Origin: Spirulina subsalsa PCC 9445
Lineage (GTDB): Bacteria > Cyanobacteriota > Cyanobacteriia > Cyanobacteriales > Spirulinaceae
Direction: 5' to 3'
DNA: 64,000 nt
Assembly: GCF_000314005.1 (NCBI RefSeq)
Contig: NZ_JH980292.1
Location: 796,530-860,529 of the forward strand
The notes below the pieces were generated by a model. It made no database searches. It was not told the origin of the DNA and saw only the letters and a program-made list of their open reading frames with translations. Of the stretch, positions 36,905-47,000 are shown in pieces; the stretch's first letter is position 1, and the number at the start of each line of letters is the position of its first letter. The position numbers and the translations under genes are program-made.

Positions 36905-37339
36905 TTGTTTGCCCGACTGCCGACCCGCTCTCTTTTCCTCCTCTGGCTCATTTATAGCGTTTTTGGCTGGTTACTTCGCCGCATGACCCCTCAATGGCAA
37001 CATTGGGCTTTAGCCGCCTCCCTCATTGTCCTCATGGCCTTAATGTTCACCGCTCCGAGCAGTATCGTCCGAAAATTTTTTAATCATCTCCTCGAATCAG
37101 ATTCCCGCGCCTTTCTCTCCATTGCACTCCTCGCCTTTATCGCCGTCCTCATCCTGACCTGGATTTCCCACTTCATCCAAATTATCCTCCTAGTAGCCGC
37201 CCTTGCCCTAGCCCGCCTAGAATTACAAGGATTAGGTTACAAAGAATGGCCTTGTTTTCTCATTTTAGTGCTGATTTGTCTGGGCGGTTTTGCTCTAGGA
37301 TTAGGCGCTCATCATTGGTATTTAGGGTTTGCTGAATAG
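36905..37339 (+). CDS. Small hypothetical membrane protein (3-4 TM). The true start may be the ATG at about 36983.
   Basis: Hydrophobic ORF. No family recognised. Confidence 0.35.
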   Translation: MFARLPTRSLFLLWLIYSVFGWLLRRMTPQWQHWALAASLIVLMALMFTAPSSIVRKFFNHLLESDSRAFLSIALLAFIAVLILTWISHFIQIILLVAALALARLELQGLGYKEWPCFLILVLICLGGFALGLGAHHWYLGFAE

Positions 37340-37384
37340 GGGAACAGGGAACTAAAATCAAGACATTTAGAGAGATATTCAGTC

Positions 37385-37858
37385 ATGGAATCGCCAGTTA
37401 AAGCCAAATCCCTTGGATTATACGACAGAGACTATCAACTGTGGTTAGAGCGCACCGTTGCCCAGTTGAAAGCAGAGGATTTTAATAGCCTTGATCTAGA
37501 AAACTTAATTGAGGAGATTGAGAGTTTGGGTAGAAGCGAAAAACGAGCCATTGCTAGCTACCTGATGCGGTTATGCGAACATCTGCTTAAGATAAAATAC
37601 TGGGAATCTGAACAAGAAACCTGTTTTAGAGGGTGGAATCTCGAAGTTACTACTTTTCGTTTCCAGATTCAAGCCATTTTGCAAGATAGCCCTAGTTTGA
37701 AAAACCATCTCCGCGCCAGTTTTTTGGCAGAGTATAACAAAGCTAGAACGCTTTTTATCAAAGCCAGTCAACTCCATGCTAACTTAATCCCCCAAGAGCC
37801 TGAATTTACCCTAGAGCAAGCCTTAGATGAGGATTGGCTACCTTGGCGGCCTCAATAG
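37385..37858 (+). CDS. DUF29-family protein
   Basis: LYDRDYQLWLERTVAQLKAEDFNSLDLENLIEEIESLGRSEKRAIASYLMRLCEHLLK matches the conserved DUF29 N-terminal helices. Confidence 0.6.
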   Translation: MESPVKAKSLGLYDRDYQLWLERTVAQLKAEDFNSLDLENLIEEIESLGRSEKRAIASYLMRLCEHLLKIKYWESEQETCFRGWNLEVTTFRFQIQAILQDSPSLKNHLRASFLAEYNKARTLFIKASQLHANLIPQEPEFTLEQALDEDWLPWRPQ

Positions 37859-37963
37859 TTCGCTCCCAAGATGCGATCGCTAGAAATAATTGACTGCCAT
37901 CACCGCACCAAGGATCAGCAGAATAATAAACCGAGTCTTGACCGACTGTGTTTATTGAAAATT

Positions 37964-39094
37964 TTAAGATGATTTTCCCAGCAAGTTATCTTCTTTTATT
38001 TGTATTTTTTGTAACTCCGCGTTAAGTTTCTCTTTAGAAGATTCTATTTCCTTCATGGCATTGTTTCGCGCCGTGTTGATCTGTTCAATTAAACGAGCAT
38101 AGGTACTATTTGAGTCATTTTCAAACTTTTCATAAAGTTTAATTCTTTTTTGTTTAATCTCTACTTGTTGCGACAATTCTCTGTTCTTACTTTGTAAATC
38201 ATTCCGTTGTTTTTGCAATTCCTCGATTCTCTGTTTTAAATTATTTTCAGTGAAATTGAACCATATATAATGACCCGCCATGCTAATTAATAAACCGATT
38301 AAAAATGCGACAATAATCGGTAGCCATTTTTTCAGGGTAGATGTTTCCTGATTTCCTGTACCATTTCTTGAATAAGCCGACGAAGTAGCTGTTGGTAAAA
38401 CAGAAGCAGATGTTGAAGTATTTGTAGATTTGGACGGTTGACGAAAATTATCACCTTTATCCTCCGACAACAGAATCCACTCATCATCAGATATTGTCTC
38501 TGATAAACCGCGCCAAACTTTGTTTTGTTTCAGCTTAGATTCTGATACCGTTGCAGACACCACAACTAACATCCCGTCATATTTAGGCAAAGAATATTGA
38601 TTCAGATCGCGAATGAGGTCATTTTTACAGATGGAGAGATTGCCGATTTTACCAGAGTCAGCCGGATTATTTTGAACAGACATAAGACCAAGATTTTCCG
38701 GTGTTAATTCCTCAAAACTCACCTTAAAGCCTTGAGCGTTATTTTCAGAAACAACCGCTTGATCTACTCGATTGGCTAATTCTCCATTCAAGGCTTGAAT
38801 TGCAATGGCGCGTAAAGTCGCTTCATCCGAATTATTCCCAACCCATAAAACCGAATTAAAAATTTTCCGAGTTCGGTTGTCAATGCGATCTTTTGAGGGT
38901 AATCCTGTTACCAATAGCAAAAGCCTATTTTGTTGATCTTGAGAACGATAAAGAACCACCGAAAAATAATCGCTATCTACCATTTTTAGCATCGGTTCTA
39001 GGTCATCATCAGGTAGATCATAAAGTATTATCTCTGGTTCTTTTAACCAACAATATTCTTTAGAAACTCCGCAACTTTGTACAAACAATTCCAT
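37964..39094 (-). CDS. Single-pass membrane protein: 274-aa cytoplasmic domain, one TM helix, and a C-terminal coiled-coil of about 80 aa. Third gene of the dynamin-like operon (LeoC-like position).
   Basis: TM segment WLPIIVAFLIGLLISMAGHYIWF, followed by heptad-rich KQRIEELQKQRNDLQSKNRELSQQ. AAGGAGA ribosome-binding site 7 nt upstream. Starts 11 bp after the upstream GTPase gene. Confidence 0.5.
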   Translation of the reverse strand: MELFVQSCGVSKEYCWLKEPEIILYDLPDDDLEPMLKMVDSDYFSVVLYRSQDQQNRLLLLVTGLPSKDRIDNRTRKIFNSVLWVGNNSDEATLRAIAIQALNGELANRVDQAVVSENNAQGFKVSFEELTPENLGLMSVQNNPADSGKIGNLSICKNDLIRDLNQYSLPKYDGMLVVVSATVSESKLKQNKVWRGLSETISDDEWILLSEDKGDNFRQPSKSTNTSTSASVLPTATSSAYSRNGTGNQETSTLKKWLPIIVAFLIGLLISMAGHYIWFNFTENNLKQRIEELQKQRNDLQSKNRELSQQVEIKQKRIKLYEKFENDSNSTYARLIEQINTARNNAMKEIESSKEKLNAELQKIQIKEDNLLGKSS

Positions 39095-39105
39095 AGTGAA
39101 TCTCC

Positions 39106-40077
39106 TTACAATTTCAATAGTTCTAGACCTTGGACAATTTCAACCTCGTCGGGTCTTGGTTCTGTAAATCGACTCACGGCATTTCGCAACCCCGAATTTC
39201 TCCCCAGAACATTCCAAATTTTCTTAAAGATAGAAGCCCTTCCGTTATCTAGATGCAGCTTCAACAAAAATCGTAGCAGATACCGTAGGGGAACTTCAGT
39301 ATTTTTGGGTTTATAAAGACTATTAGGTTGAGGTTTCCGATAGAAGAATGTTGGTTCACCATTGTTATCGAATTCAATCCGTGAAAACACGACACCACCT
39401 AAAGTTTGAACCGGAGTAATGATCACTGAAACTTTCGAGACGAGCTTTTCAGATGCAAATTGATTGAGGAGTTTCTGATAGCCTTCTCTGACCTTTCTAA
39501 ATAATTCCGAAGGATCATCCTTGATATATTTTTCACATTTGATGGGAGCCAAAATCACCAAGCGAGGAGAATCCAAGTCCTTATAGACTTTTTTAAATAA
39601 ATCATTTATTTCTGTTGGTTGATTCAATTTATCATGATATTTTCCTTCCCCTTCCATTAATATCGGAGTATCAATGGGAATCAAAACAGCGACCGATTGC
39701 CTGATTAAGTCTTCTACTTTTTTCTGCTGGCTATCCTCTTCCAGCCATCCCCCTGGATAATCCTGAAAATTAATTTGTAAAGCGGGATTTGTTCCAGTTT
39801 GCCCAAACCAAAACTTAAATGAGCGATAACCCTTAGTTTGTGTAAAACTTGGGCGATATTTTATGCTATCACCAACGGTTTTCAGTTCCTGTAACCGCTT
39901 ATTCAAATCAGATTTACTTTCGTCATCCGCCTCTAGTTGTAAATCCTGACTAACATTAGCAAACTGATCATACATGGCGGCCAACAAGCTAGTTTTGCCC
40001 ACACCCCTTGGACCCAGCATCGCTACGTTAAGAGTGGGTAAATTTTCTTCAGAATTAAATGGCCAAAAAGATTTCAT
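39106..40077 (-). CDS. Small P-loop GTPase (LeoB-like position)
   Basis: Walker A/G1 GPRGVGKTSLL, G3-like DYPGG, and no further recognisable domains. Starts 34 bp after the large GTPase gene. Confidence 0.55.
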   Translation of the reverse strand: MKSFWPFNSEENLPTLNVAMLGPRGVGKTSLLAAMYDQFANVSQDLQLEADDESKSDLNKRLQELKTVGDSIKYRPSFTQTKGYRSFKFWFGQTGTNPALQINFQDYPGGWLEEDSQQKKVEDLIRQSVAVLIPIDTPILMEGEGKYHDKLNQPTEINDLFKKVYKDLDSPRLVILAPIKCEKYIKDDPSELFRKVREGYQKLLNQFASEKLVSKVSVIITPVQTLGGVVFSRIEFDNNGEPTFFYRKPQPNSLYKPKNTEVPLRYLLRFLLKLHLDNGRASIFKKIWNVLGRNSGLRNAVSRFTEPRPDEVEIVQGLELLKL

Positions 40078-40111
40078 TGATTACCCTCACAATTTTACTT
40101 TCTTAGGATTT

Positions 40112-42289
40112 TTATAGCTGCTTTAAAGATTGTTCTAACTGCTCAATCTGAGCCGTGACAGAAGTGAGAAGATTTGACCAGTCTTGAACAGCGTTCACTT
40201 GAATTTGCAGTTTTTCAAACTTGTCCCAAATCTGATGTCGTTTGCTGCGTAAGAATCGTTTCCATTCTTTTTTCGCATTTTTAGCTCGCAGTACACGGTC
40301 AGCAAATTCTTCAACAATAGCAAAAGATGCTTGGCTGGGTTCTGACAAAAATCCAGTTAAAGCCCCTTCACAGTTATAAATAGTTGACTTGTATTCTTCC
40401 TCTAGAGAGTCTAAAATATCTTGAGCCTTAGCTCCTAATTTAGGCCGTGACGTTAAATCTGGGGTTAACCCATTTAACTGTGAACGAATACGGTGTTGAA
40501 TTAAGCCTCGATACGACAGATTAAATTCTGACAAAATCTCAAACCCTTTTTTAAGTTCGGTGTATTCTGGCACGGGCGGAATTTGATTAGCCACTTCAAC
40601 TAAAAACTGTGATTGTCGGGATTCTGAGAGTCCGCCCAAACCGCATTTTTCTACCAAAACGTCAGCTACTGTCGCTTTAATTTGCTCAATTGTTTTAGTC
40701 AATCCTTGCTCAATATCCAGAAATTTTCGGGATAAATTGGTTCTCAACTCTTGCAAATATTGATCATAAGTGCTGGCATAAGATTCTAGTTTGTTGCGGC
40801 GTCTTTCTATGTCTTTCAAACTTGGCATTTGCACATTTTTCCGACAATCGTCTAAAACTGTATCAATCTGATTTTTAAGGTTCTCATCCGGGTCGTCACG
40901 ATTCTGCATTAATTGCTTTTGAAACTCCGTCATTTCATTAGTAATTGTATCCCAAAATTCTTCAAATAAATCTTCATATTGATTAGAAATTTCATCATCA
41001 TCAATATTGGGTAATGCAATCTTAACTAGCTGTAATTGCTGGTTAAAATCCCTGAGACTAGCCTGCAAATCTGCTATTTTTTTCTGGGTATAATTGCGAT
41101 CTAATTCGGTCACATTAGAACTTAAATTACTCAAAACAGACTGAAGCACTTTAGTATTAGCATCGTCAGGGGAAGAACAGTCCGCAATGACACAATCTAG
41201 GACGGGCATTCTCACCTTACCTGAATTAATATCCTGTTGTAAAGACAGACAACTGGCTTGATTTTCCCCATTTTGATCGACATTAAGGACAAAGATAGAG
41301 CGAGAAGGCAAATCATTTAACGCTTTATTCGCTAAATCATAAAGTTTTGTATCACTTTGCTCAAAATTTGCCCGGTCTTTGGAGGGTTTGCGAATAAATA
41401 GAATAAAATCGACTTCTTGGGCAAGAGCTTCAATCACTAAACTCTCATCTCCTAACCGGAAATCGCCCAAACCCGGAACATCTACTAAGGCAATTGCACC
41501 AATTTCATGAACGGGAAAATCACAGGATATTTTAACGTGCTTAACGGCTAAACACTCATGGTTAATTAGTTCATAATCTTGATTATATTTTTGTGCCACA
41601 TAATTAGAGATTTGAGAGGGATCTTGAATGGTTAAATACCCTCGACCTAAATAGTCTTTGTACTTTTTCCCGTTGCTGTAATAATCATCTTTTAGTCGAT
41701 TATAAATGTTAATTTTTGTTTGATCTCTGTCCGAGGGTAGAGGTGGAATATCACTATGAACAAAGTCTTCAAAAGAACTGGGTTGGGGAGTCAGTCCTAG
41801 TTTTGTGTAATAGGGAATAATCACTTCCTCTAAAAATGAGTCGTGATCATGAAATTGAATTTCTGCGGTGGTAAAATTCCCCGGTTGATGACAAATGGTA
41901 CTCCGCGCTGCGGTACAAGCTTTTCCTTGTAGGGCTGGAATTACCTCGTTTTTTAGTCCAGTTAAACTTTGTAATAGGGTGCTTTTCCCTTGTCCCATGC
42001 GCCCAATTACGCCGATATTTAGGGTTGTACGGGAAAATCTGGCTTGGAGTCTATGAAGTGATCCTAGTTGTTCTTGGACTTTTTGCTTAAAACTTGCAAA
42101 TTCTAGCTGTTGCAGTTTGGATTCGGTGGGTTCATCTCCTGACCAATGCTGAAGTTGGCGATCGCGTTCTTGTTCTAATCGCTGGATCCAACCATACAGT
42201 GAAGATAACCCAGTTTCGATCTCTACCAGCTTTTCAGCAAGGGGCTGACGTTGGGCGATAATGCCCCGGATTTCTTGGCTTCTATTCAT
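40112..42289 (-). CDS. Large dynamin-like GTPase (BDLP/LeoA-like), 726 aa from the ATG at 42289
   Basis: N-terminal coiled-coil, G1 GRMGQGKSTLL, G3 DVPGLGD, then about 450 aa of helical stalk-like sequence. The 76 codons upstream in the track ORF overlap the cyclase gene and look non-coding. Confidence 0.6.
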   Translation of the reverse strand: MNRSQEIRGIIAQRQPLAEKLVEIETGLSSLYGWIQRLEQERDRQLQHWSGDEPTESKLQQLEFASFKQKVQEQLGSLHRLQARFSRTTLNIGVIGRMGQGKSTLLQSLTGLKNEVIPALQGKACTAARSTICHQPGNFTTAEIQFHDHDSFLEEVIIPYYTKLGLTPQPSSFEDFVHSDIPPLPSDRDQTKINIYNRLKDDYYSNGKKYKDYLGRGYLTIQDPSQISNYVAQKYNQDYELINHECLAVKHVKISCDFPVHEIGAIALVDVPGLGDFRLGDESLVIEALAQEVDFILFIRKPSKDRANFEQSDTKLYDLANKALNDLPSRSIFVLNVDQNGENQASCLSLQQDINSGKVRMPVLDCVIADCSSPDDANTKVLQSVLSNLSSNVTELDRNYTQKKIADLQASLRDFNQQLQLVKIALPNIDDDEISNQYEDLFEEFWDTITNEMTEFQKQLMQNRDDPDENLKNQIDTVLDDCRKNVQMPSLKDIERRRNKLESYASTYDQYLQELRTNLSRKFLDIEQGLTKTIEQIKATVADVLVEKCGLGGLSESRQSQFLVEVANQIPPVPEYTELKKGFEILSEFNLSYRGLIQHRIRSQLNGLTPDLTSRPKLGAKAQDILDSLEEEYKSTIYNCEGALTGFLSEPSQASFAIVEEFADRVLRAKNAKKEWKRFLRSKRHQIWDKFEKLQIQVNAVQDWSNLLTSVTAQIEQLEQSLKQL

Positions 42290-42443
42290 TCCAATGTACC
42301 TATGATATTGAATATTAAACCTAACCTTGAGGTTACACCAGAAAATATAAATAGGGTATTCAAACTTGGATTTCTTAATGAAATTTAAATGGACATTCAG
42401 CCATAATTTAGTTATAATTCGCCCCCAACGCGCTCTTTTCTCC

Positions 42444-43850
42444 CTATTTATTCCCCAGCAAAAAATATGTTTCCATCTCCCCTTTCCCTTTAACCTCAAC
42501 CTTCCCCCGCCGTTCAAAATTATACAGTCCTTGTAACCGTTGATAGGTTGCTTCTGTCACCTGAATTTTCCCCACCACCCCATGAGATTCCATACGACTG
42601 GCCACATTCACCGCGTCTCCCCATAAATCATAAATAAACTTTTTCTTCCCAATTACTCCCGCTACTACATTTCCTGTATTAATGCCAATTCGCATTTCAA
42701 GAGGGCCGTGGGAACAATCAATCTGATGTAGGGATTTCTGCATCGCTAAGGCCATTTCTGCAATGGCTTCCGCGTGATCTGGGCGGGGTGTGGGTAAACC
42801 CCCTACCACCATATAACTATCCCCAATGGTTTTGATTTTTTCTAGATTATAAAACTCGGTTAAATTGTCAAAACAGGAAAAAATACGATTCAGTAACTCG
42901 ACTAACTCCTCTGGGGGAATTTGACTAGAAAGTTGAGTAAAACCCACAATATCCGCAAATAAAATAGTTACTTCTTCAAATTCTTGAGCAATAATTTTAT
43001 TGCCCTGCTTTAACAAAGTCGCAATAGATTGTGGTAAAATGTTAAGCAAGAGTTGCTCAGATTTTTCCTGTTCAAGGCGAATTAATTCTTGGGCTTGTTT
43101 GCGTTGTTCAATTTCTTGAGAAACGCGCTTAAACATTTGATTAAATGCCTTCATAACTACGCCTAACTCGTCTTTACGCTGAGTGGTTAAGGCATAAAAA
43201 TATACAGAATTCTTGTCCTGATTTCCATTGCGACTTAAGATTTCTCCCGCGACGACGAGATCATCCCGTAACTGTAAAATGGGTGTAATGACAGTCACTC
43301 CCACAATAATTATGGTGGTGACGGTGACGACCAGGGCAATAATGACCACTAAACCAATAATTCGTAGAATGAAAAAATTTAACTCTCGTTGGACTCCTGA
43401 AGCATCTAAACGGGCGATTAAAATATAGTTAATGTTTAAAGATTGAGCCGACCAAGCAATATCATAGCGGTTTCGGTCTGGACTGCGTTGGCGAAGAATG
43501 GCTTTTCCTTGTAAGTCTTGGGGAGTTAATTGGGGAGACTCGCCAATAATTTCAATGGTTTGATGATTTTGGGTATAAATAGCCATGCCCAGAGTGACTG
43601 AAGAATCAGCGATTAAGCTCCGTATTTTGTCCTGTAATTCTTCGGTAGACATATCCATTTCACTTAAGGCCGCAATGAGGGTAACGGTGGCCTGAGAAAT
43701 ATTTTCGAGGTTATTTAATTGACGCTGTTCTTCTTTACGGTAGGAGGGAATTAAGATAATGGCTTCAATGATAACAAGGCTCAGAAAAACCCAAAAGGCA
43801 ATAGAGCGCGATAAACGGGCTTGACAAAGGCGAAAAGAATGAAACCACAT
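42444..43850 (-). CDS. Membrane-anchored class III adenylate/guanylate cyclase (two TM helices, periplasmic sensor domain, HAMP, cyclase domain)
   Basis: Cyclase motifs FADIVGFT, GDSYMVVGG and INTGNVVAGVIG. Confidence 0.8.
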   Translation of the reverse strand: MWFHSFRLCQARLSRSIAFWVFLSLVIIEAIILIPSYRKEEQRQLNNLENISQATVTLIAALSEMDMSTEELQDKIRSLIADSSVTLGMAIYTQNHQTIEIIGESPQLTPQDLQGKAILRQRSPDRNRYDIAWSAQSLNINYILIARLDASGVQRELNFFILRIIGLVVIIALVVTVTTIIIVGVTVITPILQLRDDLVVAGEILSRNGNQDKNSVYFYALTTQRKDELGVVMKAFNQMFKRVSQEIEQRKQAQELIRLEQEKSEQLLLNILPQSIATLLKQGNKIIAQEFEEVTILFADIVGFTQLSSQIPPEELVELLNRIFSCFDNLTEFYNLEKIKTIGDSYMVVGGLPTPRPDHAEAIAEMALAMQKSLHQIDCSHGPLEMRIGINTGNVVAGVIGKKKFIYDLWGDAVNVASRMESHGVVGKIQVTEATYQRLQGLYNFERRGKVEVKGKGEMETYFLLGNK

Positions 43851-44006
43851 TGGGGAATTACGGCAAATTAAGGGGTCATCAAGGATTGTTTTTTACCTGA
43901 TTCTATACCTCAAGAATCGGGAAAGAAAACGGAAATTCATCACCTCATGACACACCATGAGATCCTAAACCATTGCAATGCACCGCTATTTTTAAGGGAA
44001 ATTGGC

Positions 44007-47000
44007 TTATTTTTCTTCATCCATAATGGCACTCCGGTCTAAAATCAGCAAACTGCGCAGTTGATCGGTGTCCATTTCAGTTAACCATTGTTCTCCAGCA
44101 TCTACGGTTTGTTCGGCCAGTTGTTTTTTGCTTTCGATGATGTCGTTGATTTTCTCTTCGAGTGTGCCAGTACAGACAAACTTATGAACTTGAACGTTGC
44201 GTTTTTGACCGATGCGGAAAGCGCGGTCTGTGGCCTGATTTTCAACGGCAGGATTCCACCATCGGTCAACGTGGAAAACATGATTAGCGCGGGTAAGGTT
44301 TAATCCGGTGCCTCCTGCTTTGAGGGAGAGGATGAGGATTTGGGGGCCGTCGGGGTCGTTTTGAAAGCGGTCTACCATGATTTCCCGTTGTTCCCGTTTG
44401 GTGGAGCCGTAGAGGAACAGGACATCGGTATTGAGTTTATATTCTAGGTAGGGTTGTAGGAGTTTCCCCCATTCCGCAAACTGGGTGAAAATTAAAGCGC
44501 GATCGCCTTCTGCCATCACTTCCTCTAACATTTCCTGAAGACGTAAGACTTTCCCGGAACGATCTCCCCGTCCTAAACTCTTCTCTTTCAGCAACAGGGA
44601 GGGGTGATTACAGACTTGTTTCAGCTTCAATAACAGGGTGAGGATTAATCCATGTCGTTGGATGCCTTCTGCTTCCTCAATGGCCATCAGAGACTCGTCT
44701 ACTAGCTTTTGATATAACATCCCTTGTTCTGAGGACAGACCACAGAAAACGTTCATTTCCTGCTTATCCGGCAAGTCTTGGATAATGGCCTTGTCCGTTT
44801 TGAGGCGACGGAGGATGAAGGGTTGGACGAGAGAGCGTAAACTAGAGAGGGAATCGCGATCGCCATATTTCTCAATGGGAATGGCAAAACGATGTTGAAA
44901 GAACTGTTTTGTCCCCAAAAACCCCGGATTCAAAAACTCTAAAATCGACCACAACTCCGTTAAGCGGTTTTCCACTGGAGTTCCCGTTAAAGCAATCCGG
45001 AAATTCGCCGACAAACTCCGCACCGCTTGGGACTGTTTCGCTTGAGAGTTTTTGATATTCTGCGCTTCATCTAAAATCACCCCTTCCCATTGCAGCGTTT
45101 CCAGAGTTTCAATGTCCCGATACACTAACGAGTAACTGGTAATCACTAACTCTTTCTTCTGTGCCGCTTTGACAAAAGTTTTGCCCTTATCTCGTTTATC
45201 CCCATGATGAACCAACACCGATAAAGTCGGGGCAAATTTCCGTAACTCCCGTTCCCAGTTACCTAAAACCGAAGTCGGGCAGACTAATAACGTAGGATTT
45301 TTTAAGCGGTCGTCCTCTTTTAAACTGAGTAAAAAAGCAATAGTTTCAATCGTTTTTCCTAACCCCATATCATCGGCTAAACAAGCGCCCAATCCCCAAC
45401 GTTCTAAGAACCTTAACCATCCCACCCCTCGCGCTTGATAGGGGCGCAATTCTCCCTTAAACCCTGCCGGAGGAGCAGGAGATTCAATCCGTTTATTTTC
45501 TGTTAAATTGGCAATTAATTCTTTGAGTACCCCGGAAGCTTCAAACTTGACCACAGGTAACTTTTCTAAAACCTTTGTATCCCCTGTACTTAAGCGCAAA
45601 GCATCCTCAACCGTAAACGTTAACTCTTCATTTTTTGAGGATAAAATACTTTGAGCCGCCTTGACATCCGCCGGTTGTAAAGCCAACCATTCCCCATTCA
45701 CTTGGACTAGGGGGGATTTTTGCTCTAATAAACGCTCGAATTCTTCCGCCGAAACCGTTTGATCTCCGATAGCTAATTCTAACTTATATTTGAGTAAACT
45801 TTGTAACCCTAAACGATCCGCCTGTTTAGGACTGACCGCCGCCGAGAACTTAATCCCTAAGCGTTTTTCGTCCGCCCCTCCTGCCAGTCCGGGGGGTAAA
45901 TCTACCGTAAAACCCGTATCTTGTAATTGCCAATAACTTGACCGTAAAAAGGCATAAACCTGAATCGGATCTAAAACGCAACGAGTCGGATAAGGATGGA
46001 GTAAACTCTCTCGAATGGGTTCATAAATCCGGGCGGCAATTCCTAATCCTCTTAAGAGAATTTCTTGGGGGTTTTCAATCGTATACCCTTCTAGGTTTAA
46101 TTCCTCAACAGGATTTTCCCAAATGGTCGCCGCCTCTACCACAAAAGAGGGGTCATTCACCGAATGTAAATAATAATTTAATTTCCAGTCTAACTTGCCC
46201 CAATTAATTTCTCCCGTCGTGGGCGCTTGCAGAACAAAAGAGGTGCGAAAGGCATTCCCGGCCAACTTTTCATCTTTCGCGGTGACTAAATAATCTTGCA
46301 CCGGGGCTTTCCAACTGTCTAAAGCAGTTTTTAAGCGGTGCAAGGTTTCGGGAGATTCCCGGAGGGCTGTTAAAGGTTGAGCGAGGGATTCTAACCAAGC
46401 CGTGGCAATGACATCTGAAGAATGTTGACCTTTTAACTCCACCCATTGACGCAATTGACTGTCTACCATTGTGCCTAAAAAGGCAAACAAGAGAGTTTGA
46501 GGGGCAATCCAATCATCCCCCCAAGTGGGTTTTTCCCAACGTTCCTCCGGGTGGACATAAGCCCGACAAACCGAGGGCATCCACTCTAAAAAACGACTTA
46601 AACGACTTTGATCTAAGGCACTATCTAACAAAGGTTGCCATTGACTGTAAGCCTGATTATTATTATCAAACGTTAGGGCAGGTAAAAACTTCCCTCGGGC
46701 TAATAAATCCAAACTCCAGCGATACACTTGCGCCCAAAATTTGAGGGAGTCGCCTAAATAGACTTGTCGCAGTTGGATAGAACCGAGGGGAACCGATTGT
46801 AACAAGAGAATGGCGATCGCCGGATCCAACCGCAAACCCGGAAGCGCCCACCACTGAAGGGATAGGGACGAAATATCTCGAATCTCCTCACTATCCCCCG
46901 ACAGCACCGGAAAGACATCATCCCCCCCCGAATCAGCCCCCTTTTTCCCCCGCTTTTTCCGTTGTCCGCCCCGACTGGGTAAAGCCACCACCTGATAGGT

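Noticed and set aside
42290-42517. N-terminal 76 codons of the 801-aa track ORF (MNGGGRLRLKGKGRWKH...)
   Set aside because: It overlaps the 3' end of the cyclase gene by 74 bp and its composition looks non-coding. The recognisable protein begins at the ATG at 42289 (MNRSQEIRG), which is used instead.
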